Shown: positions 41,599-55,599 of the stretch, piece by piece | How positions within the stretch are numbered: the stretch's first letter is position 1 | Layout of the letters: each line of letters starts with the position of its first letter | DNA from: Camelus ferus | Taxonomy: Eukaryota | Direction: 5' to 3' | Length of the DNA: 64,000 bases | Assembly: GCF_009834535.1 (NCBI RefSeq) | Contig: NC_045697.1 | Span: 98,830,001 to 98,894,000, forward strand | Notes under the pieces: model-generated | Databases searched by the model: none | What the model saw: the letters and a program-made list of their open reading frames with translations, nothing else | What the model was told of the DNA's origin: nothing | Program-made: the position numbers and the translations under genes

Positions 41599-43318
41599 TG
41601 ACTATCATTTTCTTGCTCACTATTTGGAATAATTGGTTCTTGGTTACCTATGCACTTAGTACATACACACTTTGTGAATGGTAGCAGTTCTTCCTAGCTT
41701 GCAGTTTAAATCGTTCTGTGCCTTTTATTTGCTTTTCATCCTCTTCTCTCTTTAGCTAAGTAACTTACTGCTTATTTGTCTCTTTTGTTCCTGGTGTATA
41801 CTTTTTAACGAGTCAGTATAGGTATGAAAAGTTGGTAAGGTAGTGATTTCTAAAGTATTTTGTCTAGTCCCTGCTGATGGTGAAAGCCAGAAATCGTTTT
41901 TGGTGGTTTGTCTTTTTGCACTAGGTTTTAGCTTAGTAATCTTTCTCCTTTATTTGGTAGAAAAAAACTCTTTTGTAAGAGTTTATTTGCTACCTCAGTA
42001 AGTCAGCTTACTCTTTAAGTTATGTATTATAATATTCAAAATACTTGTTAAATGGTGTTTTGATTTAATTTAGATTATTTTGTTCACAAGTACAGTGGTA
42101 GCAAGAAATGTTGGTTGGATTAAAAAAGAAACCTCAGTTACAGTGAAGAATCAGAAAGATGGGACAGATTAAACATGCTAAAGATTTAACCTAAAGCACA
42201 TAAAGTGTACTTTTTTGCCAGTCTTTTGTTGAGAGGCCCAAGGTATGGGCTTTACTGATGACTATTTCACCTTTTTTTTCTTGCTTAAATCACATTGATA
42301 AAATGTGGTGTGTTACTTCTAGTTTTGGTAGAGTGAGAACTTGATCATTGTGAAGGAGTCTTGATTTTAGAATCACATGTGTTATTGTGACTTTCCCCTT
42401 TATGGTTGTCTTATTTAAACCTAAATTGTTAAAAAATATCTAATTTAGTTTTGAATCTTCCCACAGTATTCAACTTATAGAAACAGTTCTTTCTCTTTGT
42501 TCTCATTTCTTAAGTTTACATAATTAATTAAATTCTGCAATGATGATAATGAATGCAACTAATTCAAACAGGTTTGGGAAAACAAAACTCTTAGTAAGCA
42601 TGTAGCTCAACTTGTGGGAGCAGAAGAACATGGGCGCACCAGAATAACCTGGCTGTGACCATTCAGTCCCCAGAGTTTTCTGATGTAATGGAGAGAGCTG
42701 GTGTTAATCTGTTGAGTCAGTTAAGTTGAGGTCACTTAAGAGAGCTTCTATAGTAACAAATTCATTATAGATGGATTAAGCAAAGAAGGGAATTAATAAA
42801 TTAAAAGTATTCACAGATCTCTTACAAAGCCAGGAGCAAGTAGTATAGTCATGAGTCAGGAGAAACCAGAACCTGGACAGCCACTTAATCTCCTGGATCT
42901 CAGAAACCCACCCACTGTTGCATGTTTCAGTTTTACTAGTGCATTCCCCTGGATTATGAAATAGAGAGTTGATGCTATCATCTATTTGTAGAATTTCTTT
43001 TCAGTATTTGATAATTCTTGATTCCTAAAGTGCAAATGCATTTAATTCTTGATTCTGGAAGTGCAGATGTTAACTGTGGGTGTTGTTTATATGAATTGAG
43101 ATAAGAATGAACCAAGATAGAAATCATCCCTAACATTACCTCTCTTTGTCCAGCCTTTTCCTGGTTTCTAGTTCTGCTTGATGCTTTATTTTATAGCAGG
43201 GAAAGAGTTGCCAGTAATTTTTTGCTAGAAAATTATGTCTGAAAACATACCTTCAAAAATGTATGGTTTACTTCCTTTTAAATTTTTATCCATAGATTAA
43301 GAAATTTATAGAAGGGTG

Positions 43319-43417
43319 TGTATATGTGTGTGTGTGTGTGAGAGAGAGAGAAAGACAGTGTGATGGAATGTTTATTTAGCCCTGTAATAGTAAATAACAC
43401 GTTTTGAACAAGCATAG

Positions 43418-43466
<49 letters not shown>
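43319..43466. repeat. (TG)n(AG)n and (TATC)n microsatellites just upstream of exon 10
   Basis: Read directly; TATC run at about 43418-43465. Confidence 0.95.
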
Positions 43467-43506
43467 GTATTTTTAATTAAACTGTGCTTGTGTGTTTGTA
43501 CTCTAG

Positions 43507-43602
<96 letters not shown>

Positions 43603-44374
43603 TAAAAACACCTTGGAAGTCTAAATATATGAAATTCTTAATCAGAAGATCAATGGTGTTCATTATTTAGGCAGTAAGCTTAGTATTTAAACTTTTTTTC
43701 CTTTTAAGAGGAATATGCATTCATCTGCACATTGTGTGAAAATACTTGGTAAAAAGGTAAAACAGTAGCTTATTGAAGAAAATTTTATATAAAATTTAAA
43801 GCATCTTCAAAACTAAATTAATAATATAATGACCTTCCATTAACCCATCACTCAACTTCAGTAATTTTTAACTCATGGCCAAACTTACTTCACCTATATT
43901 CTTACCTGCTTCCCTCTGTTCCTGTGTTATTCTGAAGCAAATCCCAAACATCGCATTGTTTCATCCATGAATGTTTAATATTCTAAAGGTCATAACCATA
44001 ATGTTATCACCATAACTGAACATTAATATGTTCTTAATATCGAAGAAAAAAAGTCCATACTTAGATTTCCAAGTATCTTAGAAACGTCACTTTTTCTCTT
44101 TGTTTTTGAAGTTTATTTGAATGAAGATCCAGATGAAATCTATACTTGAATTTGGTTGATACATCTCTTAACTCTTTTTTTTTTTTTTTTATAAATCTAT
44201 AGGTTTTCCCGCTATCTTATCTTCTTCCTGCAGTTTATTTACTAAAGAAATCAGATTATTTTTCTTGAGTTTTTTCTACAGTCTAGATTTTGCTGAATAA
44301 CCCCCACATGGTGTTGCTTCACATGTTATTTCTCTGTCCTGAATTTGTTATAAATTGGTAGTTGGATGTAGATC

Positions 44375-44570
44375 TGTGCTGTTTAGTATGGTAGCCATTA
44401 GCCACAAATAGCTGTTAAAATTTTTTAAATTAAATAAAAAGATCAGTTCCTCATTTGCAGTAGCTACATTTCAAGTGCTGCTCAATAGCTTTGTACATCT
44501 AATGCCTACCATATTGGACAAGGCAGATCCAGAACATTTCATCAATTGTGGAGACTCTTAATGGACAGGT
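44375..44570. mobile_element. MER3-like fossil (opposite orientation to the other two)
   Basis: GGTAGCCATTAGCCACA...TACATTTCAAGTGCT...CAGAACATTTC. Confidence 0.7.
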
Positions 44571-44724
44571 CTGACTATAGGCTTGATGAGATTTGATTTT
44601 TTTGTTTGTTTGTTTTAAAGACAAAGAGGGATGAGCAAGATTATATCATGGGTATGTTCTTTGATAAGACAGGAAGTGTTTGTTTCATATCTTAGGAACT
44701 GTTAAGAGTTACAAACTAGTAGAC

Positions 44725-44838
44725 AGGAGGGAAAGCTCAAGTGGTAGAGTGCATGCTTAGTGTGCAAGAGGTCTTGGGTTCAATCCCCAGTACCTCCTCT
44801 AAAAATAAATAAATAAACCTAATTACCCCCCCAAGAAA
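44725..44838 (+). mobile_element. Vic-1-like SINE
   Basis: AGCTCAAGTGGTAGAGTGCATGCTTAG...GGTTCAATCCCCAGTACCTCC and tail. Confidence 0.87.
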
Positions 44839-46318
44839 GAATTATAGACCAGTAGTATTCTGTCATTCATTTTTTTATTATCTTAAAAGATATATTTACT
44901 ATCTGTTTATCTAGTATTTCAGTTTGTATAGGAAAAGCAAAATAAATGTGGCTTTTTCTCCCCTACCTCCTACTTTTTTGTTGTTTTTTACCGGCTTTTA
45001 AAGTAATGAACTGGTTTAGCAGCGTCCTTCAAAGATGATCAATACAAGTTTTAAAAGTATTACTGTGAATTCATGGATTTAAACATATTTAATATTTTAA
45101 ATCACTGCAATTTTAAATGGTTTCAGCCTTCACATACCAGGGTAGTAGTTGATAGCTTCCTAGTAGTTTGGTATGACAAAATATTCCAGTTCACCTTGTA
45201 TACTGCCCATAGCAGACCTGTAATCAGTTGTTTTTCCCAAGGAGCCCTGGTTTGTACAGTGGGAAAGCCCAGTATGGGACCTGGGGTGCTTATTGCTATT
45301 GAGTTGATCACTGTTTTTAGGTCTCAGATGAATTTTAATAGTTCTTTTTAGAAGGCGTTACCATGGTTTCATTGGTTAATCATCATGATGTTCCTTTGAT
45401 TATCAGCATTTTCCTACATATTTTACAAATGTGGAAGAGGTTCAATGACATGCCCAAGAATATGCAGCACTTTAGTTGCAGATCTATCAGATCGGGAGTT
45501 GGTGAGTTCCACTCCTATTGTTTGTCCACTGAGCCATCCTACTTCTACTAGGATAAAAATAAGCAATCTGTTGCTTTCTTTGAAAGCAAATAACAGTTCT
45601 TAGATTTTAGAAATTTATATTACAAAAGCATTTTTAATGTGTGGGTTGTATATTTAACTTACACATTTTTTTATGAGTATATAAAAATCTAAATTATGAA
45701 CTAAAATACAGAATAAGCGTTTTTACTTACCTAATTTTTTGTTATCTTTTTATTTAACCTAAATTATGCATTGTTGCATATTCAGCATAATATTAAGACA
45801 TAGTAAGAATATTAAAATATATTAAGAATCTTATAATCATCAAAATTCAAAATAACCACATCAGATATATTTATGCATAGTACATTAGCTAGAAACCCAA
45901 TTAAGCAGTCAAGCCTTTCTTTTTTCTTTTTCTTTTTCTTTTCTTTAACCTCACATTGATGGAAATTTTCTCTTTATTCTTATTTTTTCCCTTTATACGT
46001 AACATTGTGATCAGTATACTCTCATGTTCTAGTACAGCTTGTCCACCCTCCTGCCCCACCCAGTTTTCTTTTTAGGTAATTTGTTAGAGCTTTGATCTCA
46101 TTTATCTGCCCTGTTTATTCTATGACATTCTTACTATGCAAGGCATTGTGGTAGGAGTTATAATGATACAGAGTAGAAAGTGTGGGCCCTTCCAAAGAGC
46201 TTATAAATTTAAAGGTAGTTTCATAACTAGATGCATAAATAACGTGGTTTGAACTACTTTCCTTATTAATAAAAATAGAGCCATTTTGAGGTGGATACTC
46301 TCTTAATACATATAGTGA

Positions 46319-46588
<270 letters not shown>

Positions 46589-47713
46589 TAAAATGTTCTA
46601 GATTCAAGCTGCTGTAAGAAAAATGACATATTTTATACCTCACAAAATATGGAATAACAAATATAGTATATTTCTCACTCTGATTACTTTTAGACATGTT
46701 CTGGTCATGCTGATTAGCTCATTCATCTATAGCTATATATATGCGAACACATACATGCATAAATACAGATGGTTATTCATATCTATGGTTATTCATACTG
46801 TATATTCTCATACATTCACAGATACACACATATCTGGTTATTTTCTTGGTTTTAAGTACCAAGCGTATAGATAAAAGTAATTATATTTGCTGTGAAATGT
46901 TTGTTTCTATTAACATTTCAGTGTGATCCTATGTCAGTATCTGGTAATCTTAATAAAATGAAACTGAAGATTCTACTGTGAATTCTGCATACTGTTTCTG
47001 TTGCCTTTTCAACTCCTGGGTCCTGCTTGAAAATCTAGTCATATGTTCTAACATCATCTTAAAATAAAATTAGCTCTTTTCTGTCTTAATACAAATACAG
47101 TTTAGTAATAAAAGCTCTCAGGGAAGAGATTGTAAACCAATAATTTATTTACCAAAAATATTGAAATTAAGTAATGTTTTAAAAGCACTTTTTAAAAGCC
47201 AGGTAATTCTTATTAGTTTTGTGGCTTTGCCAAATCGACCAGATAGATGAATTAGAATGAAGATCATTGTGAAATGTCCGCTAGTGGTCCTAATCATAAT
47301 GTTTCCATGGTTCCTTTAGAGTAGAAATTTGGCCATCCTTTTCCCATTGAATTATGTTGTTCTGACTTAAAGATTTTGATTGTTATTTATTCTTTGATTC
47401 AGCCATGACTTTTGAGTATTCACTATATGCCAGGCAGTGTTGTATGTGTAGTCAGTAAGATTACAATAGTAGACAAAATTTTCAAAACAAGTCTTTACTA
47501 TCAGAGAGCTTATATTCTACATGATACAAAGGTATCAGAACTTAATATTGCAATAGAATGTATGCATCCACATTGATTATGATTGTAAGAAATTGAAGAT
47601 TACCTTTTCTTCCATTTGTGTTTTAGTGATTTATGAACAAGAAACTAGCTACCTGCATAGTAAAATCTGTGTACTGACTGATTTATTGTGCTTTTGTGCC
47701 CTGTTAATGTTAG

Positions 47714-47896
<183 letters not shown>

Positions 47897-48413
47897 TAAA
47901 TAGCTCATATTTATACTTTGTTTATTTTGCAAAGTTTACTTCTAATATTTTTTAATATCAAAATAGTCAGGATTTTAATTAAATTGCCTTATCAAATAAA
48001 CCTGAAATCAGTATTAATATAAAACATCATTTTCTTTTTATATGGTTATACATTGGGTTTTTTAAGTTTGATTTATATTGATATACGTTTAGTTGACCGT
48101 TTTAGGGGTAAAGGGAACTACTGTTAATTATCTGTTATGGCTAGTGTCCTATTTCTTATGTTACTCTCTAACACCAATTATGTAGACCTTTTTTGATTAA
48201 TCATTTACAAGGGTACTTTAACATTGTTTTAGAAATACAATTCTAATTTCTTTCACATATTAACTCTTCCCTCTTACTCTGAGAATGGTTTAAAAAAATA
48301 GAAAACTATTTTGAAAGAATTCAAACCAGTTGACCATCTTTCCTTCTTAAATCCTATGGTGGAATAGTGTATTTGGTAAGAAATTGTCTTGAATGTGTGT
48401 GCTTTTCATCTAG

Positions 48414-48542
48414 GAAGGAACATCAGCAGTTGAAAATTTGAATGAAATGCAATGCATGTGGTTCCAGACAGAATGTGCCCAAGCTTATAAGGCAATGAAT
48501 AAATTTGGTGAAGCACTTAAGAAATGTCATGAGATTGAAAGA
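48414..48542 (+). CDS. NAA15: NAA15 exon 13 ([43 protein letters not shown])
   Basis: AG/GT bounded, 129 nt, in frame. Confidence 0.97.
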
Positions 48543-48988
48543 GTAAGTACTCCATACATAAGAATTTCTCATTTCATTCTGTTATATGTTGAAGATTTTG
48601 GGAATATTCTGTAATTTTTTTCTTTTCTCCCACTTTATAATGCACAGAAAATGATTTCTAAAAATCGTATTCACATTTTTCAAATTTTACTAAAATGGAA
48701 ATATAGAGTTATATTCAACGACTTCCGTATTGTCTCCTCTTTCTGGCAGAATTCATGTGGAAAACTTAATGGAAAGTTTGTATTTTAGCTGTGTTTTCAT
48801 TGATTTTTCCATGTTTCTTTCTAATTGTTGCCCCTTCTTCATTAATGCATACAAAGCTTATTAGTTATCCTAGAAACCTGTTTGTTGTGGGGTTGATTGG
48901 TGGTGCCATATACCCTTGATATATATTAGATTTGAGCTTTGAAGCTTTTTTACAGTATTTCTGTAATGTATGTAATTCCTCATTTTCT

Positions 48989-49137
48989 TTTTTTTTTTCC
49001 CAAAGATTTTATTTTATTTGGAGGGGTTAGTAATTAGCTCTATTTATTTATTTATTTTTAGATGAAGTACTGGGGATTGAACCCAGGACCTCCTGCATGC
49101 TGAGCATGCACTCTACCACTTGAGCTGTACCACCCCC
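48989..49137 (-). mobile_element. Vic-1-like SINE
   Basis: Full head and tail; TSD TGTAATTCCTCATTTTCT at 48971-48988 and 49138-49155. Confidence 0.9.
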
Positions 49138-49865
49138 TGTAATTCCTCATTTTCTGAGAAATTTATTCTTTTCCTAGTCCTCTTCACTTTTGGTTCATTT
49201 TTGTCACGACTAGTTGTCTTTCATTTTTTGTGTTTTTTATATATAAAAATAATTTGCGTCATTTCTTGCTTTTTCTACCACCAAGTGGTGAACCCCTGAG
49301 TTTAGTTGAAATGTGTTAGTTTCTGTTGCTTGATTTACCTGCTAATTGATTACTCTGCCACCTACTAGCATTACATTGCATAGAATTCAGATTTGTATTC
49401 TCAAAAAAATTACCAAATACCGCATATTTGTAATCATCTGCAGATTGTTCTAAATATAAAACTGAATGTTAAATGTGTAAATCTACTGTACTGCACCATT
49501 ATGTATGTTAATAAATTCTGATAGGTTTGTCATGATAGCTTTATTTAAGTATGATGAAGGAAGGAAGGAATAAATAAACACACGCACACACACATACACA
49601 CATATATCTTAAAGCGTTTTGTTTTCCTTTCATTCAACAAATAATTCAATGCCTGATGTATGCCATATACTGTGCTAGGTGATGGCCAATTTTATTTGTT
49701 TATTTGAAATGAAAAATATTTATATTGAATTACTGTAATTTTTAATATTTTCAAATTTTACTAATTTTTTCATGGCTAGTACACAAGTAATTCCAAGGCT
49801 TTGATTTTTGTAGTTTTCTTTGCTATTGCTATACTTCAGTATAATAAAAAAGATAATTTTGTTAG

Positions 49866-50141
<276 letters not shown>

Positions 50142-50404
50142 TAGATTTTTCCTGAGCTTTTTATTAAGCACCTTGTAGGAAGATGTTATACATGCTTTAG
50201 AAAATGGTGATGGCCATTTTATGAATTTCTCTAAGCAACAAAAGAAAAATACTGTTTATGTTACTCTTTAAAACGTTAAGCAAGAATTTAACTAACTGGT
50301 CATTAGCTTTTAACGAGTTGAATTTCATGAATTTTACATGTAATATCTAATTTACCCAATACTATAAATTGTTAACTACAATGCTGTGAACTGCTACTTA
50401 AAAC

Positions 50405-51680
50405 ATGTTTTTTTAGCTAAGATACAGTTGATTTACAATGTTTTATTAGTTTCAGGTGTAAAGCAGAGTGATTCAGTTATACATATACATATATGTGTGT
50501 ATGTATATGTAGATGTAGTTTCTTTTTTGGATTATTTTCCATTATAGGTTATTATAAAATATTGAGTATAGTTCTTCATGCTACACAGTAGGTCTTTATT
50601 GTTTATTTTATATTTATAGTGTGTATATGTTAATCCCAGATTCCTAATTTATCTGCCCCACCTTCCCCTTTGGTAACCATAGTTTGTTTGCTATGTCTGT
50701 GAGTCTTTCTTTTTGTAAATAAGTTCCTTTATTTTTTTTCCCTAAAATTCCACATGTGGAATTTTAATTTAATTTAATCATACAATATTTGTCTTTCTGT
50801 GTCTTACTTCACTTATATGATAATCTGAAGGTCCATTCATGCTGCTGCAGATAGCATTTTTTTCATTTTTTTTTTATGGCTGAGTAATGTTTCATTATAT
50901 ATATATATACCACATCTTTTTTATTCATTTATCTGTTGATGGACATTTAGGTTGCTTTCATGTCTTGGCTATTGTGAACAGTACAGCTATGAACATTGGG
51001 GTGCACATGTCTTTTTGTTAGTTTTCTCCATATTATGCCCAGGAGTGAGATCACTGGATTGTATGGTAATTCTATTTTTAGTCTTTTAAGGAATCTCCAT
51101 TGTTTTCCTTAGTAGCTGCACCAGTTTATATTCCCACTAGCAGTGTGGGAGGGTTCCCTTTTCTCCACATCCTCTCCAGCATTTATTATTTGTAGATTTA
51201 AAAAATTTAAAAAAAATTTGGGGGGGGATTGTGTTAATTGGTTTGTTTGTTTATTTTAATGGAGGTACTGGGGATTGAACCCAAGACCTTGTGCATGCTA
51301 AGCATGTGCTCTATCTTGAGCTGTATCCTCCCTCCTTGGTTGGTTGGGTTTTTGATATTAAGCATTATGAGCTACTTGTGTATTTTGGAAATTAATCCTT
51401 TGTTGGTCTCATTGTTTGCAAATATTTTCTCCCATTCCATACATTATCTTTTCATTTTGTTTATGGTTTCCTTTTCTGTGCAAAAGCTTTTAAGTTTAAT
51501 TAGGTCCCATTTGTTTATTTGTTGCAGTTTATGTCAAAGAGTGTTCTGCCTATATTTTCCTCTGGGAGTTTTAGAGTATCCAATCTTACATTTAGGTCTT
51601 TAATCCATTTTGAGTTTATTTTTGTATATGGTGTTAGAGAATGTTCTAATTTCATTCCTTTACATGTGGCTGTCCAGTTA
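50405..51680 (-). mobile_element. 5'-truncated LINE-1 (ORF2 C-terminus and 3' UTR)
   Basis: Antisense L1 3' end (ACAGTTGATTTACAATG...GATTCAGTTATACATA) and ORF2 sequence; flanking AACTGCTA at 50389 and 51681. Confidence 0.92.
51198..51335 (-). mobile_element. Vic-1-like SINE nested in an L1
   Basis: GGAGGTACTGGGGATTGAACCCAAGACC...TTGAGCTGTATCCTCCC; no TSD seen. Confidence 0.85.
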
Positions 51681-51820
51681 AACTGCTAATTTTATATTAG
51701 TGTTTGAACCTTACATTAGTGTTGGCCATCAGTTTTTCTAGTTATTTTTTCCTCTTAATAGTAATTTATAATTAACCTACTAAAAGATAAGTATTGCTTA
51801 AACATTAAAACTCAGCTTAG

Positions 51821-51958
51821 GAACTATTTTCAATATCTTGTAATAACCTATACTGATAAAATATGAAAAAGAATATATATGTATAACTGAATCTTTATGC
51901 TGTATAGCAAAAAATAACATTGTAAATCAACTATACTTCAATGAAAAATAAAATAAGA
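51821..51958 (+). mobile_element. Short LINE-1 3' tail
   Basis: L1 terminal motif and A-rich tail; perfect 15-bp TSD TAAAACTCAGCTTAG at 51806-51820 and 51959-51973. Confidence 0.9.
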
Positions 51959-52685
51959 TAAAACTCAGCTTAGTGCACATTTCATTGTCTTTTTTTCTTT
52001 ATGTCAAGAGAAAAGATATTTCTGATGTGCTAAATTAACCTTTGGAGGTAAATTAGCAGCATGACTAATTTAGTCATTGCTGTCAGTCACCTTCAGACAA
52101 GGGGGTTGGGGGGAACTCAGCTTAGAATTAAACCAGTAAAATTGCTCAGTGACTTATCGTTTGACCAGTTTTTTACATGCCATTTTTATGGCAAGGTATC
52201 AGAATGTGTAGGGAGAAATCTTCCTTATATAATTATTTGGGAAAGGATCTCAGAATAAAAGTGACCCAGGCATGCAGAAAGATAAAAGTTAATTGTTTGT
52301 CCACATATTTTGTGACTTATTCATAGCAAAAATGTTATAGGCTTTGGGGCATGAAAAATATGTCAGATTTTTTTCTTCAGTCCTGAGTTTATTCCTCTTC
52401 TGAGGTTATGGTTGGTTATTTTCTGTATCCTTCCTCCTGCTAAAGACCTTTAGATTCTTTTGTTACTTTTTAATTAAATTTTTCTTATTGCCTAAGAACA
52501 GTTTAGAAGTTTCTAAGGACACACACTGAAGCCCTTGCACAGATTTTACTTGAATCTCTGTCTACCTATTGTTGCTTCTTCACCTAGAAAGAAAATGCCA
52601 GTGAGAATCTACAGTGAGAAGCTGTGATCCCCTGGCTTCTCTTGTTTACCTTCCTGTTATTCCTCCTGTCTTAAACCTCTTCTTC

Positions 52686-54386
52686 AACTGATTTCTGTAT
52701 GTTAATCCTGTATCTACCTTGACAAATTGTTTTATTAGCACTAGTAGTTTTTGTGTGGAGCTTTTAGGGTTTTTTATATATAGTATCATGTCATCAGCAT
52801 ATAGTGACAATTTTACCTCTTCTCTTCCAATTTGGATCCCTTTTTATTTCTTTTTCTTGCCTGATTGCTGTGGCTAGGACTTCCAAAACGATGTTGAATA
52901 TAAGTGGTGAGAGTGGGCATCCTTGTCTTGTTCCAGATTTTAGTGGGGAGGCTTTCAGTTTTTCATCATTGAGTATTATGCTGGCTGTGGGTTTGTCATA
53001 AATAGCTTTTATTATGTTGAGATATGTTCCCTCTATACCCATTTTGGTAGAGTTTTTTTTTTTTTTAATCATAAATGGGTATTGAATTTTATCAAATGCT
53101 TTTTCTGCATTTGTTGCAATGGCCATGTGATTTTTGTCCTTTCTTTTATTGATGTGGTGTATCACATTGATTTGGCTTCATAGAATGAGTTTGGAAGTAT
53201 TCCCTTCTTTTCAGTCTTTTGGAAGAGTTTGGGAATGATCAGTATGAGTTCTTCTCTGTATGTGTGTTAGAATTCCCCAGTGAAGCTGTTTGGTCCTAGA
53301 CTTTTGTTTGTAGGGAGGTTTTTTTTATTGCTGATTCCATCTAATTTCTAGTTATTGGTCTGTTCCATGTGCTTTGTTTCTTCTTGATTCAGTCTTGGTG
53401 GGCTGTAGGTTTCCAGAAACTTGTCCATTTCTTCTGAGTTGTCCAGTTTGTTCTCATATAGTTGTTCATAGTGTTCTCTTACAGTTTTTTATATTTCTAT
53501 AGTATTGGTTATAATTTCTCCATTTTCCTGTCTTATTTTGTTTATTTGTGCTCTTTCTCTTTTCTTCTTAGTGAGCCTGGCCATTGTCAATTTTGTTCAC
53601 TCTTTCAAAAAAGCAGTTCTTGGTTTAATTGAGTTTTTTCTTTTTTTTTTTAATCTCTATTTTCTTTATTTCCTCCCTGATCTTTATTATTTCCTTCTTT
53701 CTGCTGACTTTAGGTTTGGTTTGCTCTTCTTTTCCTAATTCTTTTAAGTGATAGGTTAGGTTGTTTACTTGAGATTGTTCTTGTTTTTTGAGGAAGGCCT
53801 ATATCACTATGAACTTCCCTCTTAGGACTGCTTTTGCTGCATCCCATAGATTTTGTGTGATTGTGTTTTCATTGTCATTCGTCTCAAAGTATTTTTTAGT
53901 TTCTTCTTTGATTTCATTGTTGACCCATTGGTTTTTTAATAGCATGTTGTTTACTTTTCATGCAGTTGTTTTTTTCTCCTTTGTTTTTCTGTGGTTGGTT
54001 TCTAGTTTCACAGCATTGTGGTCAGAAAAGATGCTTGAAATAATTTCTATCCTCTTAAATTTGTTGAGGCTTCCTTTGTGCCCAAGTGTATGATCTATTC
54101 TAGAGAATGTTCCATGCACACCTGAAAAGAATATATGTTTTGTTTTTTGGAGAATGTAATGTCCTAAAAATATCAACCAAGTCCAATTGTTCGGTTGTGC
54201 CATTTAGTATCTCCGTTGCCTTATTGATTTTCTGTCTGGAAGATCAGTCTAATGATGTTAATGAGGTGTTAACATCTCCTACTATATGTTCCCATCAGTT
54301 TCTCCCTTTATGTCTGTTAGTATTTGCTTTATATATTTAGGTGCTCATATATTGGATGCATATATGTTAAGTGTAATATCCTCATC
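52686..54386 (-). mobile_element. Internal LINE-1 ORF2 fragment (endonuclease and RT)
   Basis: Peptides [15 protein letters not shown]...[21 protein letters not shown] and HGTFSRIDHTLGHK. Confidence 0.95.
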
Positions 54387-54559
54387 CCACTTCTTCAGAT
54401 TATGCAAATAATACACAATTAACTATCACTGTACAGAGTTGAAACAACTCAGAAAAATACCTAGCAAATGTGAAAATCCCTTTTCAGTTTTCTCCTACCC
54501 AAAGATTACCTCTTTTCAAAGGGTATCCCTGTGAAATGTTCAATTTTCTAGGTGTACAA

Positions 54560-54690
54560 TGTTTTTTTGAGCAGGGTGGGTAATTAGGTTTACTTATTTG
54601 TTTTATTTTTGGAGGTGGTGCTGGGGATTGAACCCAGGACCTTGTGTACACTAAGCATGTGCTCTACCACTTGAGCTATATCGTTCCCCC
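54560..54690 (-). mobile_element. Vic-1-like SINE
   Basis: Same head and tail motifs on the minus strand. Confidence 0.85.
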
Positions 54691-55599
54691 TATTTTGCCT
54701 TCTAATTTGTATGTTAGTTTGGCTGGGTAGAGTTTTCTAGATTCAGATGTTATTTTCTGTGTATACACATATATACATGCATACACATACATATACACCG
54801 ACCCACACTCTAGCAAAGTAGAATTTTCCTCTGGCTCTGTCCTCCAGGTTCTTGGTTCTACCTTCTGAATCATCCTTTTTTTATCTTGAAAGTTAGCATC
54901 TGTTTGCAGCTAAGTAGTTTTAAAATCTGCTTCTCAAATTTTCAGACTCTAAAGGCTCTCATTTTATACTCTCACAGCACCTTTAATGTTCTCTTAACGG
55001 AACACCTCATCACTTCTTTCTCATTCTAATTGATAGAAGTGGGTCACTAGGTATAACCTATACTTGAGTAGGGGAGGGGAATCAAAGACTTTTTTTTTTT
55101 TTGTAAAGAGTTTTTTTTTATTGTGTAACATAATTTAAGTAAATAAATTTTTTAAGAATTTCACACATGTTCTGATTCTTTCCATTGCCCATCAACCCTT
55201 AGTTCCTCGAATGTCTGAGTCATATAATCTTCAAGGCAGCCCTTTCAATAATTTTTGGTCAATCAACAGTTGTCAGTCAGCCCATAATTCTTTTAGTTGG
55301 GCTTCTTTGATTTCCAGTGGAACATGAGCACACTTTAGAAACAACTCACCTGTAATCTTTGGGATCCAATTTTCTCAAGCAATTTACTACAGGACTATTA
55401 CATATTTGGGGTCAGGGAAGATTGATCTGCCTGGTTCTGAATTTCAGACACCCTCTAAATATGCATTAAGTTCATTTACTCCTAAGCTTATCACACCCTA
55501 GAACAGTACTGATCATTGCCAATACCTAAGATAAAAAAGTCTGACTGTTAGGTTTTTCATAGCTTATTTAGCAGCTCTGTCTTGTAGTTCTTTCCACAG

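Noticed and set aside
47229..47333. Candidate C/D snoRNA (terminal GCCAAAT/ATTTGGC stem) in intron 11
   Set aside because: No correctly placed RUGAUGA and CUGA boxes; a 7-bp stem is expected by chance
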